Positions 1-7,633 of a stretch of DNA of 36,371 nucleotides are shown piece after piece. The stretch is from Christensenella sp. UBA1214. Lineage in GTDB: Bacteria; Bacillota; Clostridia; Christensenellales; CAG-138. Each line of letters starts with the position of its first letter. Position 1 is the stretch's first letter. A program made the translations under genes and the position numbers. The notes under the pieces are model-generated. The model saw nothing but the letters and a program-made list of their open reading frames with translations, had not been told where the DNA came from and made no database searches. The stretch lies in assembly GCA_002309375.1 (NCBI GenBank), contig DBXK01000016.1, forward strand, positions 622 through 36,992. Direction: 5' to 3'.

Positions 1-4
1 TGTC

Positions 5-835
5 ATGATCTTTGCAATCATCGGGGGAGCGATACTGCTTCTCTTTGCGCTCTATCTTTTCTGCGTTTGGCCGAATACCGGCAGGCGCGAGCAAATGAAA
101 CCCTTTGAAGCGCAGTACTGTGCCCACAGGGGGCTTCACGACAACAAAACCGATGCGCCGGAGAATTCAATAAACGCTTTCCGAAAAGCGGTCGAGAACG
201 GCTACGGCATCGAGCTCGACGTTCAACTCACGAGCGATAAAAAGCTTGTCGTTTTCCACGACGGCTCGCTCGAAAGGATGTGCGGCGTTGATAAGATGCT
301 TTACAAGTGCGGCTATGAAGAGCTTCAGAAGCTGCATCTGGCCGATTCCGATTCGAAGATCCCGCTCTTTTCGGAAGTCCTTGAAACGGTGGCGGGGAAG
401 GTGCCGCTGATCGTCGAAGTCAAATCCGAAGGCGACCCGATCGCGACCTCAAAAGCAGCGGCGGAAATGCTCGATAATTACAAAGGCATCTTCTGCGTCG
501 AATCCTTCCATGCAGGCGCCGTTCGCTGGTTCCGCAAGAATCGTCCGCAATGGATCCGCGGACAGCTTTCGCTGGATTATTTCAAGTGGAAGAGCAAAGC
601 GAACTGGCTGACGAAGCTCCTCGCTTCCGACCTGATGTTCAACTTCCTTTCCCGTCCGGATTTCATTGCCTACGATCATCGCCAGGCATACAGGCCTTCG
701 TACCGCTTTATCCGAAGGGCCTTCCCGGTCGAGAATGTCGCCTGGACAGTACAAAGCCAGGAGCAGCTCGAAAAGGCCAAAAAGATATTTCAATGCATTA
801 TTTTCGACAGCTTCATACCGGATGAAAAAAACTAA
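5..835 (+). CDS. Glycerophosphodiester phosphodiesterase (GDPD) family protein with N-terminal membrane anchor
   Basis: Motifs AHRG, GIELDVQLT, VVFHD, IVEVK; hydrophobic first ~20 aa. The upstream region is outside the window. Confidence 0.9.
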   Translation: MIFAIIGGAILLLFALYLFCVWPNTGRREQMKPFEAQYCAHRGLHDNKTDAPENSINAFRKAVENGYGIELDVQLTSDKKLVVFHDGSLERMCGVDKMLYKCGYEELQKLHLADSDSKIPLFSEVLETVAGKVPLIVEVKSEGDPIATSKAAAEMLDNYKGIFCVESFHAGAVRWFRKNRPQWIRGQLSLDYFKWKSKANWLTKLLASDLMFNFLSRPDFIAYDHRQAYRPSYRFIRRAFPVENVAWTVQSQEQLEKAKKIFQCIIFDSFIPDEKN

Positions 836-847
836 TCACAGCATAAG

Positions 848-878
848 AAAAGCAGAGCTCCGAACAGCTCTGCTTTTT
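848..878 (+). terminator. Intrinsic terminator after GDPD
   Basis: AAAAGCAGAGCT-ccgaac-AGCTCTGCTTTT(T), followed by T-rich sequence. Confidence 0.85.
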
Positions 879-950
879 CATTTATTTTAATATTCCATGA
901 TTTCATATAAGATTTTTCTGCAAAAAAATCCAAATATCCGCATAGAGCGC

Positions 951-979
951 TTGACAAATAATATAATAGATGGTACAAT
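951..979 (+). promoter_or_regulatory. Strong sigma-A promoter for the 1145-aa protein
   Basis: TTGACA (951-956), 17 bp spacer, TACAAT (974-979) with extended -10 TG (971-972). Confidence 0.85.
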
Positions 980-988
980 ATACATCAG

Positions 989-1066
989 TTGGGGATACGG
1001 TGTCCGAAGCTATATATTCGGCAATACAATTCGGTTGAAGATATAGGCAGACGAACCGTCACCCAA
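989..1066 (+). promoter_or_regulatory. Structured 5' leader (long imperfect hairpin); candidate cis-regulatory RNA
   Basis: Nested pairings TTGGG/CCCAA, ACGGT/ACCGT, GTC/GAC and CTATATaTTCGGC/GTTGAAgATATAG; followed by a U-rich tract and SD GGGAGG (1082-1087). Confidence 0.5.
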
Positions 1067-1094
1067 ATTTTTATTTTTTCTGGGAGGAAAAAGA

Positions 1095-4000
1095 ATGAAA
1101 GTCCGCAAGCTACTTGCCGCAGCTCTCGCGCTCATTCTCGTCTTCGCAGCCGTTCCCGTTGTATCCCTTGCAGATACAATCGGCGCAGCGACTTACGAAG
1201 CAAGACAGCTCAGTAAGCTCGACAAAACCTGGTCCGTTCTCGATGCAGCAGAACAGAAAGCACTCAACGCTGGTTTAAACAAGCAGGAAGTCATCAAAGC
1301 CGTTTATCAGGCGGCGCTGAATATCGGAGCAGTCGACAGCGACAGTTTCTCCGACTTCGGCAAGGATGGCTTCTTCTTTACTGTTGACGGTATGTACTGT
1401 GCTTACAACTACCGTCTCAGGAATGAGCTGAACACTGCCAACGCAGTTCCCGTACCCGAAAACGAAGGCATTCAGGTGTTCCAGAGCACCAGCAAGGTTG
1501 TCAATACCCGCGATGCAGGATCCCCCAATGTTCTGCTCGTTGCTCCGTACTATGGCAAGGACAGCAGCTTTACCGATCAGTATAAGAAAGAAGCGCAGTC
1601 TATTGCAAACGCAACAGGCGGTACTTATACCCTCATTCAGTCCACCTCTGCGACCGGCCCCGCAATTGCTGCGGCTTATCCGAATAAGGGCGTCATCATC
1701 TATGACAGCCACGGCGCGCAGAACGGCACTTCCACCTACCTCTGCCTGACCACCAACACCGGCATTACAACGACCGACTATAACAACGGTTGGGCGGTCA
1801 ATGCAGGCAGCGGCACAGCGTGGATCGACGGCCGCTACATCCAGAACCATATCTCCTCGTCCCTTTCCAATCCCTTCGTCTGGATGGCGATCTGCGAAGG
1901 TATGAAAAAGGAAGGTAAAGGTACGACCGGTACTGCGCTTCTCGCAGCGGGCTGCGGCGGCGTCTACGGCTATTCTCAGAGCGTATCCTTCACCGGCGAC
2001 TATAAATACGAAGCCAAGTTCTGGACCGAGATGAAGAACGGCGCAACCGTTAAAGACGCAATCAAGGTCATGAAGAACACCTACGGTGTACCGGATCCCG
2101 TAAGCGGCGGCGATGCATACCCGATCGTTATGAGCCCTGTTGATCCGTTCCCGTCCAATCCCGATGGTGCACAGACCGTAAACTGCACCTGGAAGCTCCT
2201 CGGTGGCACGACCACCCAGGATCCCATCAGCAGCGTTTCCGTCTCCGCTGTCAACGTCTATGTCGGCGGCACCGCAAACGTTAATGTTACCGTCAACCCG
2301 TCCACAGCTGATTATACCATCACTTCTTACACCAGCTCCAACACCTCCGTTGCGACCGTTTCGAGCAGCGGTGTTGTTACCGGCGTAAAGGCGGGCACTG
2401 CGACCCTGACCGTTAAAGTCAAGGACAACAGCACCAACACGACCTACACCAAGACTGCGACCATCACTGTCAGCAACTTCGAAGGCTACGTTAAGGTCGA
2501 TACCGTTGAAGTCGGTGAAAAGTACATCATCATCGACTCCAGCGCGATCTCCGGCACCACCGGCTACGCCGTCGGCAACTCCGTCGTCGCGAACAGCCAT
2601 TACCTCAACGGCGTTGCGGTCACCGTCAACAGCGACGGCACTCTGACCATCCCGTCCTCCGTGAACGCGAATGCGATCACCTGGGTCGCGGGCGGCAGCG
2701 CAAGCGCTGGCTACACCTGGAAGAACGTCGCCAACAGCAAGTACATGGGTCTCGACTCCTCAGAGTACGTATATCCCTCCGATACCGCTGTTAAGTGGCT
2801 CTACGATTCCAATAAGTATTTCAACAACCAGGTCGACAGCGAGGGCTACTACTACCTCTCCTGCGACTCCAACAACTCCTACCGCTACACCACCAGCAAG
2901 AACGGCAGCGCGATCTACCTCTATAAGTACACCGGCAGCACCACTCCGGATCCCGTTTACTACACCGTAACCTTCAAGGATTGGGACGGCACGGTCCTCA
3001 AGACCCAGCAGGTCGCCGAAGGCGGCTCCGCAACCGCTCCTTCCAACCCGACTCGCACCGGTTACACCTTTACCGGTTGGGATAAGAGCTTCACCAACGT
3101 CACTTCCAACCTCACTGTTACCGCGCAGTACACCATCAATACTTACACCGTAACCTTCAAGGATTGGGACGGCACCGTTCTCAAGACCCAGACCGTCAAC
3201 TACGGCGGCGCGGCAACGGCTCCCGCAAATCCGACCCGCGATGGCTACACCTTCGCCGGTTGGGATAAGAGCTTCAACTACATCACTGCCAATACCGTCG
3301 TAACCGCGACCTATACGCAGAATGCAACCGCAGAGCCCACTCCGACTCCCACTCCGACTCCGACTCCCACTCCGACTCCGGATCCCACCGACGAGCCCAG
3401 CGGAACCTACTATGTTCCCACCACGACCATCACCACCGGCGAAGAGTATCTGATCGGTTACACCGACGGCACCAACACCTACGTGCTGATGAACTACAAC
3501 CCCGATACTTCCAACCACTACTACTACAACTCCAGCAGCAATTACTATGGCTACGCCATCCGTGCTGTCATGAGCGGAAACAATGTTGTCGGCCTCGATA
3601 CCGCGACCTACACCAATGCGACCCTCGATAACGTTGAGTGGAAGTTCGTTGCGAACGGCAGCTACTATAAGATCCAGTCCGCTTACAACAGCAGCTATTA
3701 TCTCCGCGTATACTCCAGCAAGAATTATTCGGATATGTATCCGAGCAACAGCACCAGCTATGCGACCAAGTGGAGCTATTCGAACAATAAGCTGAGCTAC
3801 TACGTATCCTCCAGCGTCACCAAGTACGCAACCTTCTACAGCGGTTCCGCTTCCGATTACGGCTTCTTCGGCGCACCGACCTCCGGCGGCAGCAACATCA
3901 TCCTGTTCAAGAAGGTCACCGGCACCGTAACTCCGGATCCCGATCCGACTCCCACGCCCACTCCCGACCCGGTAACCACCACGACCTATCAGCAGGTTAC

Positions 4001-4532
4001 CAACATCGAGGTCGGCCAGAAGTACATCCTCGTTGCTGAGAATGCGATCTCCGGCACCACCGGCTATGCTGTCGGCAACAGCGTTGTTTCCAACAGCCAT
4101 TACCTCAACGGCGTTGGCGTGACCGTCAACAGCAACGGCACTCTGACGATCGGCTCGAGCGTAGACGTCAACGCGATCACCTGGGTCGCCGGCGGCAGCG
4201 CTTCCGCGGGCTACACCTTCAAGAATGTCGGCAACGACAAGTACATGGGCCTCGACTCCTCCGAGTACCTGTATCCGTCCACGACCGCAGTCAACTGGCT
4301 CTACGGCTCCGACGGCAGCCTCAACAACCAGGTCGACAGCGAAGGCTACTACTACCTCTCCTATGCAAGCTCCAATTCGAGGTACACCACTTCGAAGTCC
4401 GCTGGCGTCATCAGGATCTACAAGGTAGTTGAAGTCACTGCGAACTTTGTCAATGCCCCGACGGCTTTCATTCCCGCCGAGCCCGCAGCACCCGCTATGA
4501 TCCCCGTTATCGACGGCAAGTACGTCAGATAA
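1095..4532 (+). CDS. Secreted multidomain protein: signal peptide, putative clan-CD (caspase/gingipain/CHAT-like) peptidase domain, Big_2 Ig-like domain, two Listeria-Bacteroides (Flg_new-type) repeats, Pro-Thr linkers, three homologous ~150-aa beta-rich modules
   Basis: SD GGGAGG; signal peptide MKVRK-LLAAALALILVFAAVPVVSLA; IIYDSHG and VWMAIC; TSSNTSVATVSSSGVVTGVKAGTATLTV (Big_2); YTVTFKDWDG...GYTF.GWDK twice. Confidence 0.75.
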   Translation: MKVRKLLAAALALILVFAAVPVVSLADTIGAATYEARQLSKLDKTWSVLDAAEQKALNAGLNKQEVIKAVYQAALNIGAVDSDSFSDFGKDGFFFTVDGMYCAYNYRLRNELNTANAVPVPENEGIQVFQSTSKVVNTRDAGSPNVLLVAPYYGKDSSFTDQYKKEAQSIANATGGTYTLIQSTSATGPAIAAAYPNKGVIIYDSHGAQNGTSTYLCLTTNTGITTTDYNNGWAVNAGSGTAWIDGRYIQNHISSSLSNPFVWMAICEGMKKEGKGTTGTALLAAGCGGVYGYSQSVSFTGDYKYEAKFWTEMKNGATVKDAIKVMKNTYGVPDPVSGGDAYPIVMSPVDPFPSNPDGAQTVNCTWKLLGGTTTQDPISSVSVSAVNVYVGGTANVNVTVNPSTADYTITSYTSSNTSVATVSSSGVVTGVKAGTATLTVKVKDNSTNTTYTKTATITVSNFEGYVKVDTVEVGEKYIIIDSSAISGTTGYAVGNSVVANSHYLNGVAVTVNSDGTLTIPSSVNANAITWVAGGSASAGYTWKNVANSKYMGLDSSEYVYPSDTAVKWLYDSNKYFNNQVDSEGYYYLSCDSNNSYRYTTSKNGSAIYLYKYTGSTTPDPVYYTVTFKDWDGTVLKTQQVAEGGSATAPSNPTRTGYTFTGWDKSFTNVTSNLTVTAQYTINTYTVTFKDWDGTVLKTQTVNYGGAATAPANPTRDGYTFAGWDKSFNYITANTVVTATYTQNATAEPTPTPTPTPTPTPTPDPTDEPSGTYYVPTTTITTGEEYLIGYTDGTNTYVLMNYNPDTSNHYYYNSSSNYYGYAIRAVMSGNNVVGLDTATYTNATLDNVEWKFVANGSYYKIQSAYNSSYYLRVYSSKNYSDMYPSNSTSYATKWSYSNNKLSYYVSSSVTKYATFYSGSASDYGFFGAPTSGGSNIILFKKVTGTVTPDPDPTPTPTPDPVTTTTYQQVTNIEVGQKYILVAENAISGTTGYAVGNSVVSNSHYLNGVGVTVNSNGTLTIGSSVDVNAITWVAGGSASAGYTFKNVGNDKYMGLDSSEYLYPSTTAVNWLYGSDGSLNNQVDSEGYYYLSYASSNSRYTTSKSAGVIRIYKVVEVTANFVNAPTAFIPAEPAAPAMIPVIDGKYVR
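2484..2930 (+). repeat. Intragenic module, copy A (homologous to 3984-4430)
   Basis: GCGATCTCCGGCACCACCGGCTA at 2544 and 4044; shared peptides AISGTTGYAVGNSVV.NSHYLNGV, KYMGLDSSEY, NNQVDSEGYYYLS. Confidence 0.9.
2961..3320 (+). repeat. Two tandem 183-bp (61-aa) Listeria-Bacteroides-type repeats
   Basis: TACACCGTAACCTTCAAGGATTGGGACGGCAC at 2961 and 3144. Confidence 0.9.
3336..3386 (+). repeat. CCSACT hexamer tandem repeat encoding a Pro-Thr linker
   Basis: cccactccgactcccactccgactccgactcccactccgactccg = PTPTPTPTPTPTPTP; a shorter P-T/P-D linker lies at about 3930-3971. Confidence 0.9.
3984..4430 (+). repeat. Intragenic module, copy B
   Basis: Aligns with copy A at a 1500-nt offset over its first part. 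Confidence 0.9.
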
Positions 4533-4554
4533 TGATTTGACCAAACTTCAAGGA

Positions 4555-4590
4555 AAGCTCCCGTACCGAAAAGGTGCGGGAGCTTCTTTT
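4555..4590 (+). terminator. Intrinsic terminator
   Basis: AAGCTCCCGTACC-gaaaa-GGTGCGGGAGCTT followed by CTTTT. Confidence 0.85.
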
Positions 4591-4620
4591 GATCCGGGGC
4601 TGTTTTTAATGCGAAAAGTA

Positions 4621-4629
4621 TGGTATAAT
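4621..4629 (+). promoter_or_regulatory. Extended -10 promoter element
   Basis: TGGTATAAT about 40 nt upstream of the 4671 start; no good -35. Confidence 0.55.
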
Positions 4630-4670
4630 CCTTATAATGAAACCACCGAATAAAACGGAGAAACATAACG

Positions 4671-6137
4671 ATGATGAAAATGAGGAAACTACATAGATTG
4701 ATCGCGCTGATGCTTGCGGCGATGCTTGCACTGTTCGCGGTATCATGCGGGAACGGCGGTTCCGAAAAGGAACAGCAGTCGGACTATTCTCCCGAAACGA
4801 TCGTTGCAAGCATTGGCGATCAAAACGTAAGCTATGCGCTTTACAAGGCCGCATTTGAATCCTACGCCGAGTATCTTCAACAGATCGGTTACGATCCGTT
4901 TTCCGATGAAACGGAGCTGCGCGGATTCCAGGAAATGGTCATCGACGCACTTCTTGCGGATATGGTAACGCTTTATCATGCTCATGCGGACGGTTTCTCG
5001 CTTTCGGAGGAATCGATCGAGGATGCTAAACAGCAGGCTGCATCAGAGCTTGAAGAGATCCATGAAAACTACTGGGCGCTTGCCGAGACTGCATATGAAA
5101 GCGATCAAACGCAAACCGTGCAGCAGCATTTCGACCGAATGATCGGCGAGCTTTCGGAATTCTACACCGGCAGGAAAATGACATATGAGGAATATGCGGA
5201 GGACTATACCGGCGAGATCATCAACTCCAGGCTCATCGAAGAATACAAGGATCATATCTGCGCTGAATTCGGCGTTTCCGAGGAAGATATCATCGAATGG
5301 TATAAAACGCAGCTCGATATCGACGAAGCGCTTTATGAAAAACAGCCCGGACAGTATAAATCCGATATGGAATATTTCGAGCGTTTTGGTGAAAAAAACA
5401 GCGACGCTTATCCGCCGACGATCGTTCCCGAAGGTTTTTCGAGGATCATGGACATTGTCATTCATCCTTCGGGGTCGCTCAGCGAGGAATACGAACAAAA
5501 GATCGCCGAGCTCGATTCGATCGCTTCCGAATGCTCGACTCTGCTGTTCGACAATGCTTTGAACGGGACAGAAGAGAATACCGAACGGATCGCAGAACTG
5601 CTCGAAAGCTATCGTCTTGTGAAAGAAGAGACCGACCAAATGTATGAAGCTTATACGCTTGAAGCCCGTCAAAAGCTCGAGCAGGCATATGCCGAGCTCG
5701 AAGCAGGCGCGGATTTCAGCGATGTTATGATGAAATACACCGATGACCCCGAGGTTATCGGCAGCGAGGAAATACAGGGCTGCGAAGCATTTCAAAAGAA
5801 GGGCAAGCTGATCGCCGTTGGTTTCGACTGCCCGAACGATTGGAGCAGCACTGTTAAGGAGATCTATTCGATGACAGATAAGGGCAGCTATTCAACGATC
5901 TTTACCGATACAGACGGAAGCATGCATATCATTTATCACGCTGAAGATGAACAGGCCGGCGTCGTTCCCGTTGAAACGCTTCACGATGCGATCGAATTCA
6001 TCGTTCGTTCGGAATCGTCCGATGCGCAGTGGTCCGAGCTGCTTGAAACATGGATCGATGATCCCGAAGTGAATGTAGATATGGACTGCGTGCACGCGCT
6101 CGGTATGGACAGACTTAAGAAAAAAGAAGAAAACTGA
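4671..6137 (+). CDS. Acidic lipoprotein, SurA/PrsA-like foldase with degenerate parvulin domain
   Basis: SD GGAG; lipobox AVSC; VASIGDQNVS and VIDALLAD (SurA N-like); AGADFSDVMMKYTDD and GSYSTIFTDTDGSMHII (parvulin-like). Confidence 0.65.
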   Translation: MMKMRKLHRLIALMLAAMLALFAVSCGNGGSEKEQQSDYSPETIVASIGDQNVSYALYKAAFESYAEYLQQIGYDPFSDETELRGFQEMVIDALLADMVTLYHAHADGFSLSEESIEDAKQQAASELEEIHENYWALAETAYESDQTQTVQQHFDRMIGELSEFYTGRKMTYEEYAEDYTGEIINSRLIEEYKDHICAEFGVSEEDIIEWYKTQLDIDEALYEKQPGQYKSDMEYFERFGEKNSDAYPPTIVPEGFSRIMDIVIHPSGSLSEEYEQKIAELDSIASECSTLLFDNALNGTEENTERIAELLESYRLVKEETDQMYEAYTLEARQKLEQAYAELEAGADFSDVMMKYTDDPEVIGSEEIQGCEAFQKKGKLIAVGFDCPNDWSSTVKEIYSMTDKGSYSTIFTDTDGSMHIIYHAEDEQAGVVPVETLHDAIEFIVRSESSDAQWSELLETWIDDPEVNVDMDCVHALGMDRLKKKEEN

Positions 6138-6147
6138 AGAGGTCAAT

Positions 6148-6417
6148 ATGAGGCTTGATAAATATTTAAAGGTTTCAAGAATAATCAAACGCCGTACTGT
6201 TGCAAACGAAGCCTGTTCAATGGGCAGAGTGACGGTCAATGACAAAGTTGCCAAACCTTCGACGGATGTTAAGGCAGGCGATATCATCTCGATCCGTTCC
6301 GGAGCAAAGCTTCTTACGGCGGAGATACTTGCCGTTAAGGAAGTCGTACGCAAAGAGGAAGCCGATTCGATGTACAGGATCATTTCGGATACTCTGAACG
6401 ATCCGAAGGAAGAATAA
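6148..6417 (+). CDS. rqcP: S4-domain RNA-binding protein YabO/RqcP
   Basis: MRLDKYLKVSRIIKRRTVANEAC...AKPSTDVKAGD; SD GAGG. Confidence 0.9.
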   Translation: MRLDKYLKVSRIIKRRTVANEACSMGRVTVNDKVAKPSTDVKAGDIISIRSGAKLLTAEILAVKEVVRKEEADSMYRIISDTLNDPKEE

Positions 6418-6418
6418 T

Positions 6419-7576
6419 ATGGATTTCGAAAGCGGCAACCCGAAAATTTGCGCAGTTTTGCTTGCTGCCGGTTCATCCTCGAGAATGGGCAGCAACAAGA
6501 TGCTGCTCGAGTTTGGAGGAAAGAACCCGATCGAGCTTTGCCTCGAAGCTTTTAGCGGGATCGCCGATGAAGCGGTGATCGCCGTTTCGCCCGATACTGC
6601 GCGCGCGGCAGAAGAAGCGGCCGAACATACGGATCTGCCCGTCAGGATCGTTATCGGCGGCGCGAGGCGGCGCGATTCTGTCCTGAATGCCCTGAGCGCA
6701 ACGGACGCCGATATCGTCTCGATCCACGACTGCGCAAGATGCCTTGTTACAAAGGCCGTGATCAATGCAAGCATCGAGACCGCCAAGCTGAACGGCTGCG
6801 GGATCGCTTCGATCCGTCCTGTCGATACGGTTCGTTCCGAATCGGAGGGTGAAGTGATCGACCGGAATACGCTTCTTCTTGCACAGACACCGCAGAGCTT
6901 TGACCGCGAGAAACTGCTTGAAGCATATGATAAAGCCGATCCGGAAGTGAATTATACGGACGATGCCGCAATTTATAAGAATGCCGGCAACAGGCTTTTC
7001 TGCAGCGAAGGAAGCAAGCTGAACCAAAAGCTCACGACTCCGGAGGATGTTGAGCTTTTCCATGCGCTGCTTTGCAAAAATGAAACGAAAGGCAGGTTAA
7101 ATATGCGTATAGGCTTCGGTGAAGATACACACCGCCTGATCGAGAGCAGGAAGCTGATCCTCGGCGGCGTCGACATTCCGTTTGAAAAAGGTCTTGAAGG
7201 GCATTCGGATGCGGATGTTTTGACGCATGCGATCATCGACGCTGTGCTCGGTGCGGCTGCGCTCGGAGACATCGGTCAGCATTTCCCGGATTCCGATCCT
7301 TCGTATAAAGGCATAAACAGCCTGCTTCTCGCGAAGCATACGGCCGCTCTTATCGCCGAAAAAGGCTTGACGATAAATAATATCGATTCGACGATCGTCG
7401 CTCAGAGACCCAAATTGGCCGCTTACAGGGATGAAATGCGGCAAAACCTTGCCGCCGCGTTCAGAGTTCCGATCGACCGCATCTCCGTCAAATTCACAAC
7501 TCCGGAGCATACCGGCCCGGAGGGCAGGGGAGAGAGCATGACGGCGCGCGCAGCGGCCATGCTGAGCGAATCATAA
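6419..7576 (+). CDS. ispDF: Bifunctional IspD/IspF (MEP pathway)
   Basis: IspD: LLAAGSSSRMG, IHDCAR, AQTPQSF, YTDDA, KLTTPED. IspF: MRIGFGEDTH, GHSDADVLTHAIIDA, GDIGQHFPD. One continuous frame. Confidence 0.93.
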   Translation: MDFESGNPKICAVLLAAGSSSRMGSNKMLLEFGGKNPIELCLEAFSGIADEAVIAVSPDTARAAEEAAEHTDLPVRIVIGGARRRDSVLNALSATDADIVSIHDCARCLVTKAVINASIETAKLNGCGIASIRPVDTVRSESEGEVIDRNTLLLAQTPQSFDREKLLEAYDKADPEVNYTDDAAIYKNAGNRLFCSEGSKLNQKLTTPEDVELFHALLCKNETKGRLNMRIGFGEDTHRLIESRKLILGGVDIPFEKGLEGHSDADVLTHAIIDAVLGAAALGDIGQHFPDSDPSYKGINSLLLAKHTAALIAEKGLTINNIDSTIVAQRPKLAAYRDEMRQNLAAAFRVPIDRISVKFTTPEHTGPEGRGESMTARAAAMLSES

Positions 7577-7587
7577 GATACCAAAAT

Positions 7588-7622
7588 AAAAACAAGGCTC
7601 CGTTTCATGGGGCCTTGTTTTT
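7588..7622. terminator. Bidirectional terminator between convergent ispDF and ricT
   Basis: AAAAACAAGGCTCCG-tttca-TGGGGCCTTGTTTTT. Confidence 0.85.
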
Positions 7623-7633
7623 GATTATGCTTT

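Noticed and set aside
989-1066. Leader as a c-di-GMP-I/II or c-di-AMP riboswitch, T-box, or twister ribozyme
   Set aside because: Lacks GGCAAA/GACGCAAA (class I), the GGGCAC/GTGCAACC pseudoknot (class II), the T-box GGTGGTACC core, and the twister UAA/P4 context. Kept only as an unclassified candidate.
3336-3386. Short tandem repeat as a CRISPR array or phase-variation tract
   Set aside because: In-frame 6-bp unit encoding a Pro-Thr linker; no spacers, and slippage would keep the frame.
2484-4430. Duplicated module as a DGR template/variable repeat pair
   Set aside because: Both copies are in-frame in one gene, differences are not adenine-specific and many are synonymous, and there is no reverse transcriptase in the window.
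1275-4544. Long antisense ORFs (441 aa and 594 aa) opposite the secreted protein
   Set aside because: They mirror the sense frame. Strong codon bias avoiding TTA/CTA/TCA removes antisense stops. No SD or recognisable motifs.
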